From an uncultured Myxococcales bacterium (GTDB lineage: Bacteria > Myxococcota > Myxococcia > Myxococcales > Myxococcaceae): a DNA stretch of 53,093 nucleotides. Where the stretch lies: assembly GCA_966211295.1 (NCBI GenBank), contig CBIHPJ010000001.1, forward strand, positions 1 to 53,093, given 5' to 3'. Every line of letters starts with the position of its first letter. The stretch's first letter is position 1. The position numbers and the translations under genes were made by a program. Of the stretch, positions 43,209 to 52,023 are shown one piece after another. The notes under the pieces were generated by a model that had not been told where the DNA came from, did not search any database, and saw only the letters and a list, made by a program, of their open reading frames with translations.

Positions 43209-43721
43209 ATGCGTTCACTCTGCCTCGCGCTGATCATCGTCACGTCGGGCGTGGCCGCGGCCAAGGAAGACGAGGTCGACGAAGTCGCTCCGCTCCCTCG
43301 CAAGAACGCGCTCCTTCTCAACGTGGGCGACCTGCTCAGCGGCGCGCTCTCACTCGAATACGAGCGCGGCATGGTGCCCTGGCTGGGCATCAACGTGGGC
43401 GTGGGCGTCGCCTTCTTCCCCACGGTATGGAACACCGACGCCGCGAAGGTCGCGCTGCGCGCAGACTTCGGCTTCCGGTTTCACTTCATTCGTCACGCCC
43501 CAGGCGGGCTCTGGATCGGCCCGTACGCGTCCCTCAACACCGCCTTCGATCCGGACAGCTACCAGCGGCTCACCTGGGGACTCGGCGCAGCGCTCGGGTA
43601 CAACTTCGTGCTCGGCCGCTACTTCACCCTCCAGGTCGGAGGAGGCGGCGGCTTCACCGATTACGGCGATCACGTCGCGTGGACTCCGCGCTTGAGGATC
43701 GCCCTCGGCGCGAGCTTCTGA
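43209..43721 (+). CDS. Small outer-membrane beta-barrel-like protein
   Basis: Signal peptide MRSLCLALIIVTSGVAAA. The body shows alternating hydrophobic beta-strand patterns and a Gly-rich turn, and it ends in a terminal aromatic residue (..ALGASF). Confidence 0.55.
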   Translation: MRSLCLALIIVTSGVAAAKEDEVDEVAPLPRKNALLLNVGDLLSGALSLEYERGMVPWLGINVGVGVAFFPTVWNTDAAKVALRADFGFRFHFIRHAPGGLWIGPYASLNTAFDPDSYQRLTWGLGAALGYNFVLGRYFTLQVGGGGGFTDYGDHVAWTPRLRIALGASF

Positions 43722-43829
43722 ACACCGTCACCAACCGCACCCGTGTGGCTCCACGCTTCCTGCTGGGTCTCGGCGCCAGCTGGTGAGCGCGATTCCAACG
43801 GCACGGTTAGCGCATTCCTTGGAGGCACC

Positions 43830-44279
43830 ATGGCCACAGCACATCACCGGAAGATGTTCGTGAACCTCGCGGTGAAAGATCTCGAGCGCTCGGTCGACTT
43901 CTTCAAGAAGTTGGGATTCGGCTTCGACCCACTCTTCACCGACGCCCATGCGAGCTGCATGGTGATCGGCGACGACGCGTACGTGATGTTGCTCGACGAA
44001 GAGCGCTTCAAGGACTTCGCGCGCAAGCCGATCGCCGACGCGACGTACGACACCGAGAGCATCGTCGCGATCTCCGCCGAGAGCCGCGAAGATGTCGATG
44101 ACCTGGTCGACACCGCGCTCAGCGAGGGCGGTGAGCCCGCGACGGAGACGATGGAGCAGGCCTTCCTCTACGGCCGCAGCTTCTACGATCTCGACGGTCA
44201 CCACTGGGAAGCGGTCTACATGGAGCCGCAGGCGCTCGAGTCGAACGAGGTGATGAACCCGGGCCAGCCGGATTCATGA
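43830..44279 (+). CDS. VOC (glyoxalase/bleomycin-resistance) family protein
   Basis: FVNLAVKDLERSVDFFKKLGF and FYDLDGHHWE are present. A GGAGG RBS lies 5 nt upstream of the ATG. Confidence 0.8.
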   Translation: MATAHHRKMFVNLAVKDLERSVDFFKKLGFGFDPLFTDAHASCMVIGDDAYVMLLDEERFKDFARKPIADATYDTESIVAISAESREDVDDLVDTALSEGGEPATETMEQAFLYGRSFYDLDGHHWEAVYMEPQALESNEVMNPGQPDS

Positions 44280-44290
44280 GCACACGCCCC

Positions 44291-45325
44291 TTACGGACCC
44301 GAGTTGATCGAATCGATCGAGAAGCTCACGCGCTGATTGCCCGCTTGCGGCGGGAAGCGTCCGCTGAACTCGAGCTTCATGCCGGTGAGCGTCTCGTCGT
44401 GCGAGATCGTGTGCAGCGTCGAGAAGGTCGTCGCGCTCGCCGCGCGCCAGAGCACCTCGCCGCCTGACTCTTCGATGCGCAACCAACGCGGAGGCGTGGT
44501 GCCTGCCGGGACCACCACCTGCTCACCCACGCCACCATCAGCGAAGGACCAGGTCGCGAGCAGACCGCGCGTGTCGAACTGCCAGGCGAACGAGGGTTTC
44601 TGAGACACGGAGTTGGCGCGCAGCTCGAAGCGACCCGTGTAGCCCGGCGCCACTGAAGGCGCGGTCGCGAGCTCGATCGTCAGTCCGCAGCCGACGAGCG
44701 GGAGCGTCTCGGTGGAGGTCGCTGTCGTCTCGCTGCTCTGGCCGTTGCGGCTCGTCACCGCCACGGTCAGCGTGCCACCCGTGATGTCTGCATTCGTCAC
44801 GAGCGTCCACGAAGGGTCGACCGCGAGATTGAACTCGGTGCGCACCGCCGACCAGCACCGGCCGCAGGTGGTCGACACGCAGGTGTAGCCGAGATTGCAG
44901 GTGTTGGGTCCGCTGCAGCTCGTGGCGCAGGCAGTGGAGGTGCCGTCACACGCGTAGCCACCGCAACCATCCGCCATCGTCCCCAGCGGAGAAGCGACGC
45001 ACGTTCCCTCGGAGCCGGGCACCGCGCAGGAATCACAAGGCGCATCGCACGCCGTGAGGCAGCACACGCCGTCGACGCAGGTGAGGCTCGAGCCGCAGTC
45101 ACCAACGTCGCTACACGAGGATCCCGCGCCACCATCTTCCACCGGTGGGCCCGCGTCGTGACCCGCATCGGCCACCGCCATCGAGCGGCACTCGCCGGCG
45201 CTGCACACGTAGCCGTCCGCGCAGTCGGCGGTCGCACCGCACGAGAACCGCTCGTTCATGAAGACGGTCTTCCCGCACGCAGTGATCGCACTCACCGCCA
45301 GGACGATCAGCAACCTGGCCCTCAC
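44291..45325 (-). CDS. Cys-rich lipoprotein (N-terminal disulfide-knot repeats, C-terminal beta-sandwich-like domain)
   Basis: GTG start has a GGAGG RBS, and the lipobox is AITAC. About 30 Cys residues occur in C-x-DG-x-C / CxxxC repeats. The upstream 144 codons of the ORF are discarded. Confidence 0.65.
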   Translation of the reverse strand: MRARLLIVLAVSAITACGKTVFMNERFSCGATADCADGYVCSAGECRSMAVADAGHDAGPPVEDGGAGSSCSDVGDCGSSLTCVDGVCCLTACDAPCDSCAVPGSEGTCVASPLGTMADGCGGYACDGTSTACATSCSGPNTCNLGYTCVSTTCGRCWSAVRTEFNLAVDPSWTLVTNADITGGTLTVAVTSRNGQSSETTATSTETLPLVGCGLTIELATAPSVAPGYTGRFELRANSVSQKPSFAWQFDTRGLLATWSFADGGVGEQVVVPAGTTPPRWLRIEESGGEVLWRAASATTFSTLHTISHDETLTGMKLEFSGRFPPQAGNQRVSFSIDSINSGP

Positions 45326-46305
45326 CGCGAACCTCCTGCAATGGCGAACGTGGCGTCGAGCGGAACGGTGAGCACCGCGCCTCCCGCAGCGGGCGCCACG
45401 CGCACGCGATCGAAGATCAGCAACGTCGCACCGGCTGCCACCAACGCTCCACCCGTCACGAAGAACGCGGTCGCGGCTCCGGCGCTGGCCGCCGCCTGGC
45501 GATCGAGTTCGAAGGCCTGGCGCTGCGTCGGCGAAGTGATCAGACCATCTGCATCGCGCGTGACGTTCGCGTGAGCCCGCTCCGCCGCCTGGGAATCGAC
45601 CGCGAAGCCCACGCCAATCGCCGCGGAGATGAGTCCGACAGCTCCCGCGCCGATGCCGACGATTCCAAACATGCCGATCGGCCTGGGACCCGTTCCGCCC
45701 TCCACCGCGACCACCGCCTGAGGCTCGAGGCGGATCGGCGCATTCTCGGAATGCCACTCATGAAGCGTGGAGCCCTTCAGCCCGAGCACCCGGCCCCACA
45801 CCTCGAGGCGCTTCTCGCGCGGCCACGGAGCAGGCTGGCGATCTTCGAGTGGCACCTTCGCCGACTGCCAGCTCCCTTCCGGCTCACGCCAGCTCACTTC
45901 GAGCTCCTGGCCCAACCCGAAAGAGTCGCGGGTGATCCGCAGCACGCCACCCTCGAAGCGCACCGAGAGCACCCCGCTGCGCACAGCCTCCGCGCGAATC
46001 GATGAAACGAAAGTACGCACACGCGGCCCATACTGATCAGGCAGGACCCAGTCGGGCGCGAGCGAGAAGAGCCGCTGAAAGACTTGTTTCGCCTCGCCGT
46101 CCCGCTTCAACCCCAGCAGAGCGAGCGCGCGCGTGGAGAACCCCTCGAGGACCTCCTCTTTCCGCCAGCCTGAAATCGCGCGCTCCGCGGGCACCTTGTC
46201 GAGCGCCGCCTGGTACTGGAGGTCGTCCAACGCACGCGTAGCCTCCTGTAGCGCCTCGGGCGCCGCGGCCAGCACGCACATCCCCAACAACGTCGCCTGA
46301 AGCAC
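45322..46305 (-). CDS. Hypothetical exported/membrane protein (327 aa)
   Basis: An N-terminal hydrophobic segment, a helical-repeat region, a Gly/Ala-rich TM segment (GIVGIGAGAVGLISAAIGVGFAV) and a second hydrophobic segment near the C-terminus. There is a GTGA overlap with the downstream lipoprotein gene. Confidence 0.55.
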   Translation of the reverse strand: MLQATLLGMCVLAAAPEALQEATRALDDLQYQAALDKVPAERAISGWRKEEVLEGFSTRALALLGLKRDGEAKQVFQRLFSLAPDWVLPDQYGPRVRTFVSSIRAEAVRSGVLSVRFEGGVLRITRDSFGLGQELEVSWREPEGSWQSAKVPLEDRQPAPWPREKRLEVWGRVLGLKGSTLHEWHSENAPIRLEPQAVVAVEGGTGPRPIGMFGIVGIGAGAVGLISAAIGVGFAVDSQAAERAHANVTRDADGLITSPTQRQAFELDRQAAASAGAATAFFVTGGALVAAGATLLIFDRVRVAPAAGGAVLTVPLDATFAIAGGSR

Positions 46306-46348
46306 GGCGCGCAGCTTACTCGCGCTCGGTGGAGTAGCCTCAGATTCG

Positions 46349-47893
46349 ATGACTGCGGTGCCGTTTCAAGCCAACCAGCGCTTCGGGCAATACACGCTGG
46401 TCCGCCCGATCGCGGTCGGCGGCATGGCCGAGGTCTGGCTCGCCAAGCTCGACGGTCCGCAGGGTTTTCAAAAGAAGGTCGCGCTCAAGCGCATGACCGG
46501 CAGCATCGCGGAGCAGCCGCAGTTCGTGACGATGTTCCTCGACGAAGCGCGCCTGATGTCGGGGCTCACGCATCCGAACATCTGCCAGGTGTTCGAGCTC
46601 GGCGAGCGCGAAGACAACTTCTACGTCGCGATGGAGTTCATCGACGGCGAGACCGTGCAGCACGTGATGCGTGCGGTGACGCGCGCGCAACAGCGACTCC
46701 CCATGGAGTTGGCGATCAAGATCGCGCGCGACTGCGCCGACGCGCTCCACTACGCGCACACCAAGCAGGGCGACGACGGCAAGCCGCTCAACGTGATCCA
46801 CCGCGACGTGTCGCCGCAGAACCTGATGGTGACCTACGAGGGCGTGCCCAAGCTCCTCGACTTCGGCATCGCGAAAGCGGCCACGCGCACCAACGCGACC
46901 GAGGTGGGCCAGCTCAAGGGCAAGCTCTCGTACATGCCGCCTGAGCAGGCGCGCGGCGAGACGCTGGATCAACGCGCTGATCAATTCTCGCTGGGCGTGA
47001 TGCTGTTCGAGATGCTCACGCACACGCGGCTCTATCCCCCGCTCAAGGAGATGGATCTCTTCCGCAAGGTCGCGCTGGAAGAGACGCCGTACGAGACCGC
47101 GCGGCAGCGTGAGCCTTCGATCCCCGAGGACTTGAGCAACCTCGTGGCGCGCATGATGGAGCGCGATGCGACGAAGCGTTATCCGTCGCTCGCCGAGGTG
47201 CGCGATCAACTGACCGCGCATCTGCACGATCACACCACCAGCATTCCCTCGAACGAGGCGATGTCGAACTTCATGACGGCCTACTTCCCGCCGGAGACGC
47301 GCGGGGCCGTGGTGAAGCAGGACACGCCCGAGCCGGCGAAGGTGCACAAGGGCTTCACCACCAGCACGATGATGGGGCGCAGTGGGAAGCGCTGGCAGTT
47401 CGCCACCATCGCGCTGCTCGCGTTGCTCGGCACGGGTTCGCTCGCGATGGCGTTGTGGCCGAGCCCGAAGCCCGTGGAGGACCTGGACGCCGCCGAGGCG
47501 CCGCCCACGGTGAAGGTGATCGAGCCGCCCGCTCCGCTGCCGGAGCCCGAGGCGGAGTACGTGCCGTACATCGCGCCGCCCAAGCCTGAGATCCAGCCCG
47601 AGCCCGAGCCGGAGGAAGAGCCGGAGTCGATCCCGAAGGGCGTGAAGGCCGCGCCTCCGAAGAAGAAGGTCGCTCCGGCTCCGAAGGGGAAGGGACTGTT
47701 GTCACTGCAGACTTCGCCGTGGTCGATCGTGCGGTTCGGGAAGAAGAACCTGGGCGAGACGCCGCTGGTTGGAGTTCCCTTTCCTGTCGGGCGTCATCGG
47801 CTGGTGCTCACCAATGATGAGCGGAAACTGCGCACGACGATCGAGGTCGAGATCAAGGCGGGGCAGACCACGACACTCAAGTTGAAGCTCTAA
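46349..47893 (+). CDS. Ser/Thr protein kinase with TM segment, Pro/Glu-rich linker and PEGA-like C-terminal domain
   Basis: Hanks motifs GGMAEVWLA, VALKR, HRDVSPQNLMV, DFGIAKA and YMPPE. The C-terminus LSLQTSPWSIVRFGKKNLGETPL..RHRLVLTN is PEGA-like. Confidence 0.9.
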   Translation: MTAVPFQANQRFGQYTLVRPIAVGGMAEVWLAKLDGPQGFQKKVALKRMTGSIAEQPQFVTMFLDEARLMSGLTHPNICQVFELGEREDNFYVAMEFIDGETVQHVMRAVTRAQQRLPMELAIKIARDCADALHYAHTKQGDDGKPLNVIHRDVSPQNLMVTYEGVPKLLDFGIAKAATRTNATEVGQLKGKLSYMPPEQARGETLDQRADQFSLGVMLFEMLTHTRLYPPLKEMDLFRKVALEETPYETARQREPSIPEDLSNLVARMMERDATKRYPSLAEVRDQLTAHLHDHTTSIPSNEAMSNFMTAYFPPETRGAVVKQDTPEPAKVHKGFTTSTMMGRSGKRWQFATIALLALLGTGSLAMALWPSPKPVEDLDAAEAPPTVKVIEPPAPLPEPEAEYVPYIAPPKPEIQPEPEPEEEPESIPKGVKAAPPKKKVAPAPKGKGLLSLQTSPWSIVRFGKKNLGETPLVGVPFPVGRHRLVLTNDERKLRTTIEVEIKAGQTTTLKLKL

Positions 47894-47895
47894 TG

Positions 47896-47940
47896 CTCTC
47901 CCTCTCCCTGCGAAGCGGGGAGAGGGTCGGGGTGAGGGGC
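47896..47940 (-). repeat. REP-like element (subfamily 1, reverse orientation) between convergent genes
   Basis: Sequence is CTCTCCCTCTCCCTGCGAAGCGGGGAGAGGGTCGGGGTGAGGGGC, with a 12-bp stem including one G-U pair. Confidence 0.8.
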
Positions 47941-47944
47941 CTAC

Positions 47945-49714
47945 TCACGTTCCGAATTCGGACCAGCGAGGCGCCGCGGCGAACGCGGCGTGAATGAGCC
48001 CGACGTGCGAGTACGCCTGCGGGAAGTTCCCCCACATCACGTTGTTCGTCGGATCCAAATCTTCCGAGAGCAACCCGAGCGGTGCCTTCACGTCGCGCAC
48101 CTTGTCGAGCAGCACGCGCGCCTCGTCGGGATGACCGAGCCGCGCCATCGCCTCGACCAGCCAGAACGTGCACAAGCTGAACGCCACGCTCGGCACCCCG
48201 AGACCGTCGTCCGTGCGGTAGCGACGCAGCCACCCGTTGTGCTCGAGATCGGCGCGCACCGCCGCCACCGTGGCGTGCATGCGCGGATCTTCCGGAGTGA
48301 GCAGCCGCAACGTCACCGCCTGCAGCAGCGCGGCGTCGACCTCGGTGCCTCCGTAGTCCGCCACCAGGTTGCCGCGCGCCTTGTCGACCGCGCGCGCGAG
48401 CAGCTCTTCGCGAATCTTCGAAGCGGCGTTTCCGAACTCGGGCGCGTCGATCGGCCGGTGAATCTGCGCGATGCGATGCATGCGATCCGCCGCGGCCCAG
48501 CACATCATCGCGCTGAAGGTCTGAGGTCTCCACTCGGCGCGGATCTCCCAGATGCCGGCGTCGGGCTCGTGCACCACCTTGATCGCTCGCCGCGTGAGCC
48601 GCGTCACCAGGTCGAGCACGGGCGCGGTGACCTGCTCGCGGAAGCGCGCGTCGAGGAACATCGGCGTGAGCGCGAGCACCATCTCGCCGAAGACGTCGTT
48701 CTGCGTGTGGAGCGCCGCTCCATTTCCCACGCGCACCGGACGATCGCCCTCGTAGCCAGCCCAGTCGTTGAGGATCTTCTCGTGCAGGTCCGCCTTGCCG
48801 TCGATGCGGTAGAGCGGCGCGAGCGCGAGATCGGGCGCCGAGGACGCCACGTTGAGCAGGTAGTGAATGAACTGCTCGCGCTCTTCGAAGTGACCGAGCA
48901 GGCGGAACGCACCCAGCGTGTAGAACGCGTCGCGCAGCCAGCAGTAGCGATAGTCCCAGTTGCGGCCGGTGCCCGGCGCTTCGGGAATCGAGGTGGTGAT
49001 CGCCGCGACGATCGCGCCCGTGTCTTCGTAGCAGTGCAGCTTCAGCGCGAGCGCCGAGCGGATCACCTCTTCTTGATACGAGGGCGGGATCTCGCAGTTC
49101 TTCACCCAGTTCTGCCAGTACTTCACCGTCTCGCGCAGGAAGCGTTCGCACAGCGGCTCGAGCGGCTGCTCTACCGGCTCGCCCCAGCTGAAGACGAAGT
49201 GCCTGCGCTCGGTGAGCGCGAAGGGCTCGTCGTTCAAATACGAGAGCGGCGCGTCGGTGGTGAGCCGCACCTCGGACTCGTAGCCCTTGTACGAGATGTG
49301 GTGCGAGCCGAGCTCACGCCGCGGCTTCTGCTTGCTCCATCCCAGAATGGGATCGCAGAGCACGCGAATGCGCGGAGTGCCGGAGAGCGGCTCCACGATG
49401 CGCAGAAGCTTCGTGGGCCGGAAGCTGCGCTCGTACTGAACGAAGCGCGGCGCGAAGTCGAGCACACGGAACGCGCCGTCCACCGTGACGAAGCGCGTCT
49501 CGAGCACGTTCGTGTTCGGCAGGTAGCGCTGCGTGCCTTCGGTGGGAGTCGCGGGGCAGATGGTGAACCGTCCACCTGTGCCCTCGTCGAGCAACGCTCC
49601 GAACACCGGCTCGGAGTCGAAGCGCGGCATGCACGCCCAAACGATCGAGCCGTCGCGACGCGAGAGCGCAGCGAGCTGACAATTCCCAATGAGGCCAAGG
49701 TCCCCGAGCTTCAT
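47945..49714 (-). CDS. Glycoside hydrolase family 15 (glucoamylase/trehalase-like)
   Basis: The N-terminus LGLIGNCQLAALSRRDGSIVWACMPRFDSEPVF and the motifs NWDYRYCWLRDA and ATTSIPE are GH15 hallmarks. Size is 589 aa. Confidence 0.85.
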   Translation of the reverse strand: MKLGDLGLIGNCQLAALSRRDGSIVWACMPRFDSEPVFGALLDEGTGGRFTICPATPTEGTQRYLPNTNVLETRFVTVDGAFRVLDFAPRFVQYERSFRPTKLLRIVEPLSGTPRIRVLCDPILGWSKQKPRRELGSHHISYKGYESEVRLTTDAPLSYLNDEPFALTERRHFVFSWGEPVEQPLEPLCERFLRETVKYWQNWVKNCEIPPSYQEEVIRSALALKLHCYEDTGAIVAAITTSIPEAPGTGRNWDYRYCWLRDAFYTLGAFRLLGHFEEREQFIHYLLNVASSAPDLALAPLYRIDGKADLHEKILNDWAGYEGDRPVRVGNGAALHTQNDVFGEMVLALTPMFLDARFREQVTAPVLDLVTRLTRRAIKVVHEPDAGIWEIRAEWRPQTFSAMMCWAAADRMHRIAQIHRPIDAPEFGNAASKIREELLARAVDKARGNLVADYGGTEVDAALLQAVTLRLLTPEDPRMHATVAAVRADLEHNGWLRRYRTDDGLGVPSVAFSLCTFWLVEAMARLGHPDEARVLLDKVRDVKAPLGLLSEDLDPTNNVMWGNFPQAYSHVGLIHAAFAAAPRWSEFGT

Positions 49715-49722
49715 GTGTCGGA

Positions 49723-51921
49723 CTAACGCTCCAATGTCGTAGGCGCCGCAAACACCGTATCTGCAATTCGTTTCAGCAAGGCCCGGACCGCGGCCACTGA
49801 GTTGATTCGGTAACGCGCGACGGTTTGACCACTGCCGACGTGAACCCCCACGGCCCCCGGCGGCAACGCGGAGAATAGCGATTCGTCGGTCTGATCGGCG
49901 CCAAACGCGAGCACCGAAGAGCCCGGAGCCTTGTCGACCAACTCTGGGAGGAGCGCTCCTCGATTGATGCCGCGCGGTCTCACCTCGAACACGCGCCCAC
50001 CCTCGATCACCTCGTACTCACCTGCTTGAGGATCGGAGCGCAGCGCGAGCCGCAGCTCCTCCACGCGACGCCGCGCCAGCTGGGGCTCGGTCGCTCGATA
50101 GTGAAACGCGAGCGCGCCCGACTTCACCTCGAGCACCGCGCCGTCCGTGCGCTGCACCACGCGCTCCATGCGCCTGCGCACCGGGTCGAGCCAGAGCGGA
50201 GGCAGCGGCCGGCGACTCCTCCACTCCGCCTTGCGCTCCGAGCGGGACCAGAGGCCGTGCTCCGCGTGCAAGCCGATGTCGAGCTCCCCGAGGAACGACT
50301 CCAGCGACTCGCGGGTGCGGCCCGAGGCCACGTGCACCGAAGTGCCCGGACGTTGGGAGAGCCGGCGCAGGAGCTCGAGCAGCTCCTTGTCTGGCGTCGC
50401 GATGCGCGGGGTGGGCGAGTACTCGACCAGCGTGCCGTCGTAGTCGAGCACCAGGAGCAGGCGGGGAGCCGCAGCCACCACGTTCATCGCCTGCTCGAGC
50501 GCGATCGACGGAGTCTCGTGCACCGCGTCGGGGTTCTGCTCCTCGAGCGCCTCGATGAAGCTCTTGGCCCAGCGATCGACGTTGCCCGCGTGCACGGTCT
50601 TTCTCAGTCCGCTCATGCGCAGGCGTTGATCGAGCAGCGGCATCTCGAGCGCGCGGTTGATGGTGTTGGCAAGCCCATCGATGTCGTACGGGTTTGTCTG
50701 CAGCGCCTCGTGGAGCTCCACCGCGGCGCCCGCGAACTCCGAGAGCACCAGCACGCCGGTGTCATCCACGCGGCAGGCGGCGTACTCCTTGGCGACGAGG
50801 TTCATGCCATCGCGCAGCGGCGTGACCAGCATCACGTCGGCCGCCACGTAGAGCGCGATCAACTCGTCGAACTCCACCGCGCGATGAAGCAGGTGAAAGA
50901 GTGTGCGCGTGGGCGAGCTGTATTTGCCGTTGATGCGTCCCACGAGCTCGTTCACCTGGCTGCGGTACTCCGCGTACGCGTCGACCTGCTCGCGCGTGGG
51001 CACCGCGAGCTGGATCACGTGAATGGAGTCCTTCAGCTCGGGATGCGAGTTGAGCAGGCGCTCCAGCGCGAGGATGCGGGTGATCAGCCCCTTGGTGTAG
51101 TCGAAGCGATCGACCGACAAGATCAGCTTCTTCCCCTGCGAGTCGGCGTGCAGCGCGTTCACCCGCGCGCGCACCTCGGGAGAGGCCGCGCGATTCGCGA
51201 AGAGATCGGCGTCGATGCCGATGGGAAACGACGCGACGCGCACCGGCCTGCCGTCGTCGAACAACATGTCGCCGCTGAGCTCGAAGCCGAGCAGCTGCGA
51301 GCAAGAGTACGCGAAGCTGTAGGCGTAGCCGGCGGTGTGAAAGCCCACCACGTCGGCACCCAGCATTCCGCGGAGCACCTCGGCGCGCCGCGGGAGCGTG
51401 CGGAAGATCTCCGGTCCCGGGAACGGCACGTGAAGGAAGAAGCCGATCCGCGCGCCCGGACAACGCTGCCGCAGCAACGCCGGCACCAGGGTGAGCTGGT
51501 AGTCGTGCACCCAGATCAGATCGCCCGGTCTCCACTGCGCGGCCACCACGTCGGCGAAGCGCTCGTTGACGGCCCGGTAACTCAGCCAGTCTTCGTTCTG
51601 ATCGACGAGCACCTTCTCGAGCAGGTAGTGGCACAGCGGCCAGAGCACGCCGTTGCAGTACCCGTCGTAATAGGACTTCACCTCGGCAGCGCTGATGGGC
51701 ACGGGCACGCAGCGATGGGGCGCGAGCGCAGCGGCGACCTCTTCTTCAGGGACCGTGTTCGCCAATCCTGACCAGCCAAACCAGAGCGAGTCACCGGATC
51801 CGTGGACGATCTTGAGCGCCGTGGCGAGTCCGCCCGAGGACTGGTGAACTTCGATGCCACCCTCCCCTTTGGTCAGCGTGACGGGCAGTCGATTCGAGAC
51901 GAGGAGCACACGCGACTGCAT
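49723..51921 (-). CDS. otsA/otsB: Bifunctional trehalose-6-phosphate synthase / phosphatase (OtsA-OtsB fusion)
   Basis: The GT20 N-terminal half ([39 protein letters not shown]) is followed by a C-terminal HAD phosphatase ([10 protein letters not shown]). Size is 732 aa. Confidence 0.88.
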   Translation of the reverse strand: MQSRVLLVSNRLPVTLTKGEGGIEVHQSSGGLATALKIVHGSGDSLWFGWSGLANTVPEEEVAAALAPHRCVPVPISAAEVKSYYDGYCNGVLWPLCHYLLEKVLVDQNEDWLSYRAVNERFADVVAAQWRPGDLIWVHDYQLTLVPALLRQRCPGARIGFFLHVPFPGPEIFRTLPRRAEVLRGMLGADVVGFHTAGYAYSFAYSCSQLLGFELSGDMLFDDGRPVRVASFPIGIDADLFANRAASPEVRARVNALHADSQGKKLILSVDRFDYTKGLITRILALERLLNSHPELKDSIHVIQLAVPTREQVDAYAEYRSQVNELVGRINGKYSSPTRTLFHLLHRAVEFDELIALYVAADVMLVTPLRDGMNLVAKEYAACRVDDTGVLVLSEFAGAAVELHEALQTNPYDIDGLANTINRALEMPLLDQRLRMSGLRKTVHAGNVDRWAKSFIEALEEQNPDAVHETPSIALEQAMNVVAAAPRLLLVLDYDGTLVEYSPTPRIATPDKELLELLRRLSQRPGTSVHVASGRTRESLESFLGELDIGLHAEHGLWSRSERKAEWRSRRPLPPLWLDPVRRRMERVVQRTDGAVLEVKSGALAFHYRATEPQLARRRVEELRLALRSDPQAGEYEVIEGGRVFEVRPRGINRGALLPELVDKAPGSSVLAFGADQTDESLFSALPPGAVGVHVGSGQTVARYRINSVAAVRALLKRIADTVFAAPTTLER

Positions 51922-52023
51922 CTGCCTGCACTACCCACCTCCTTGGCCCGTCGCACTCCGGGAACACGTGGGCCGCGGGGCCATTATCTGGTGAGAGCAG
52001 TTCTCGCCGGCAGAGGCTCCTCG

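Noticed and set aside
43115-43814. Three weaker GG-N10-GC sites: GGGTCC..ATGCA (43130..43115, minus), GGGCAT..TTGCT (43181..43196) and CGGCAC..GCGCA (43799..43814).
   Set aside because: They have the correct spacing and orientation, but they have poorer -24 or -12 blocks or sit too close to the start codon (13-16 nt). They are mentioned as possible sites but not called as features.
45326-45757. Upstream 144 codons of ORF 44291..45757.
   Set aside because: The translation is Arg/Gly-rich nonsense that overlaps the real upstream gene 45322..46305 in another frame. A GGAGG-GTG start with a lipoprotein signal at 45325 explains the gene.
51922-52023. A possible ECF-type promoter (GGAAC ... TTATCT) in the otsAB/treY divergent region.
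   Set aside because: Only a GGAAC pentamer and an AT-rich patch are present, with no convincing -10 element or spacing. That is not enough to call a promoter.
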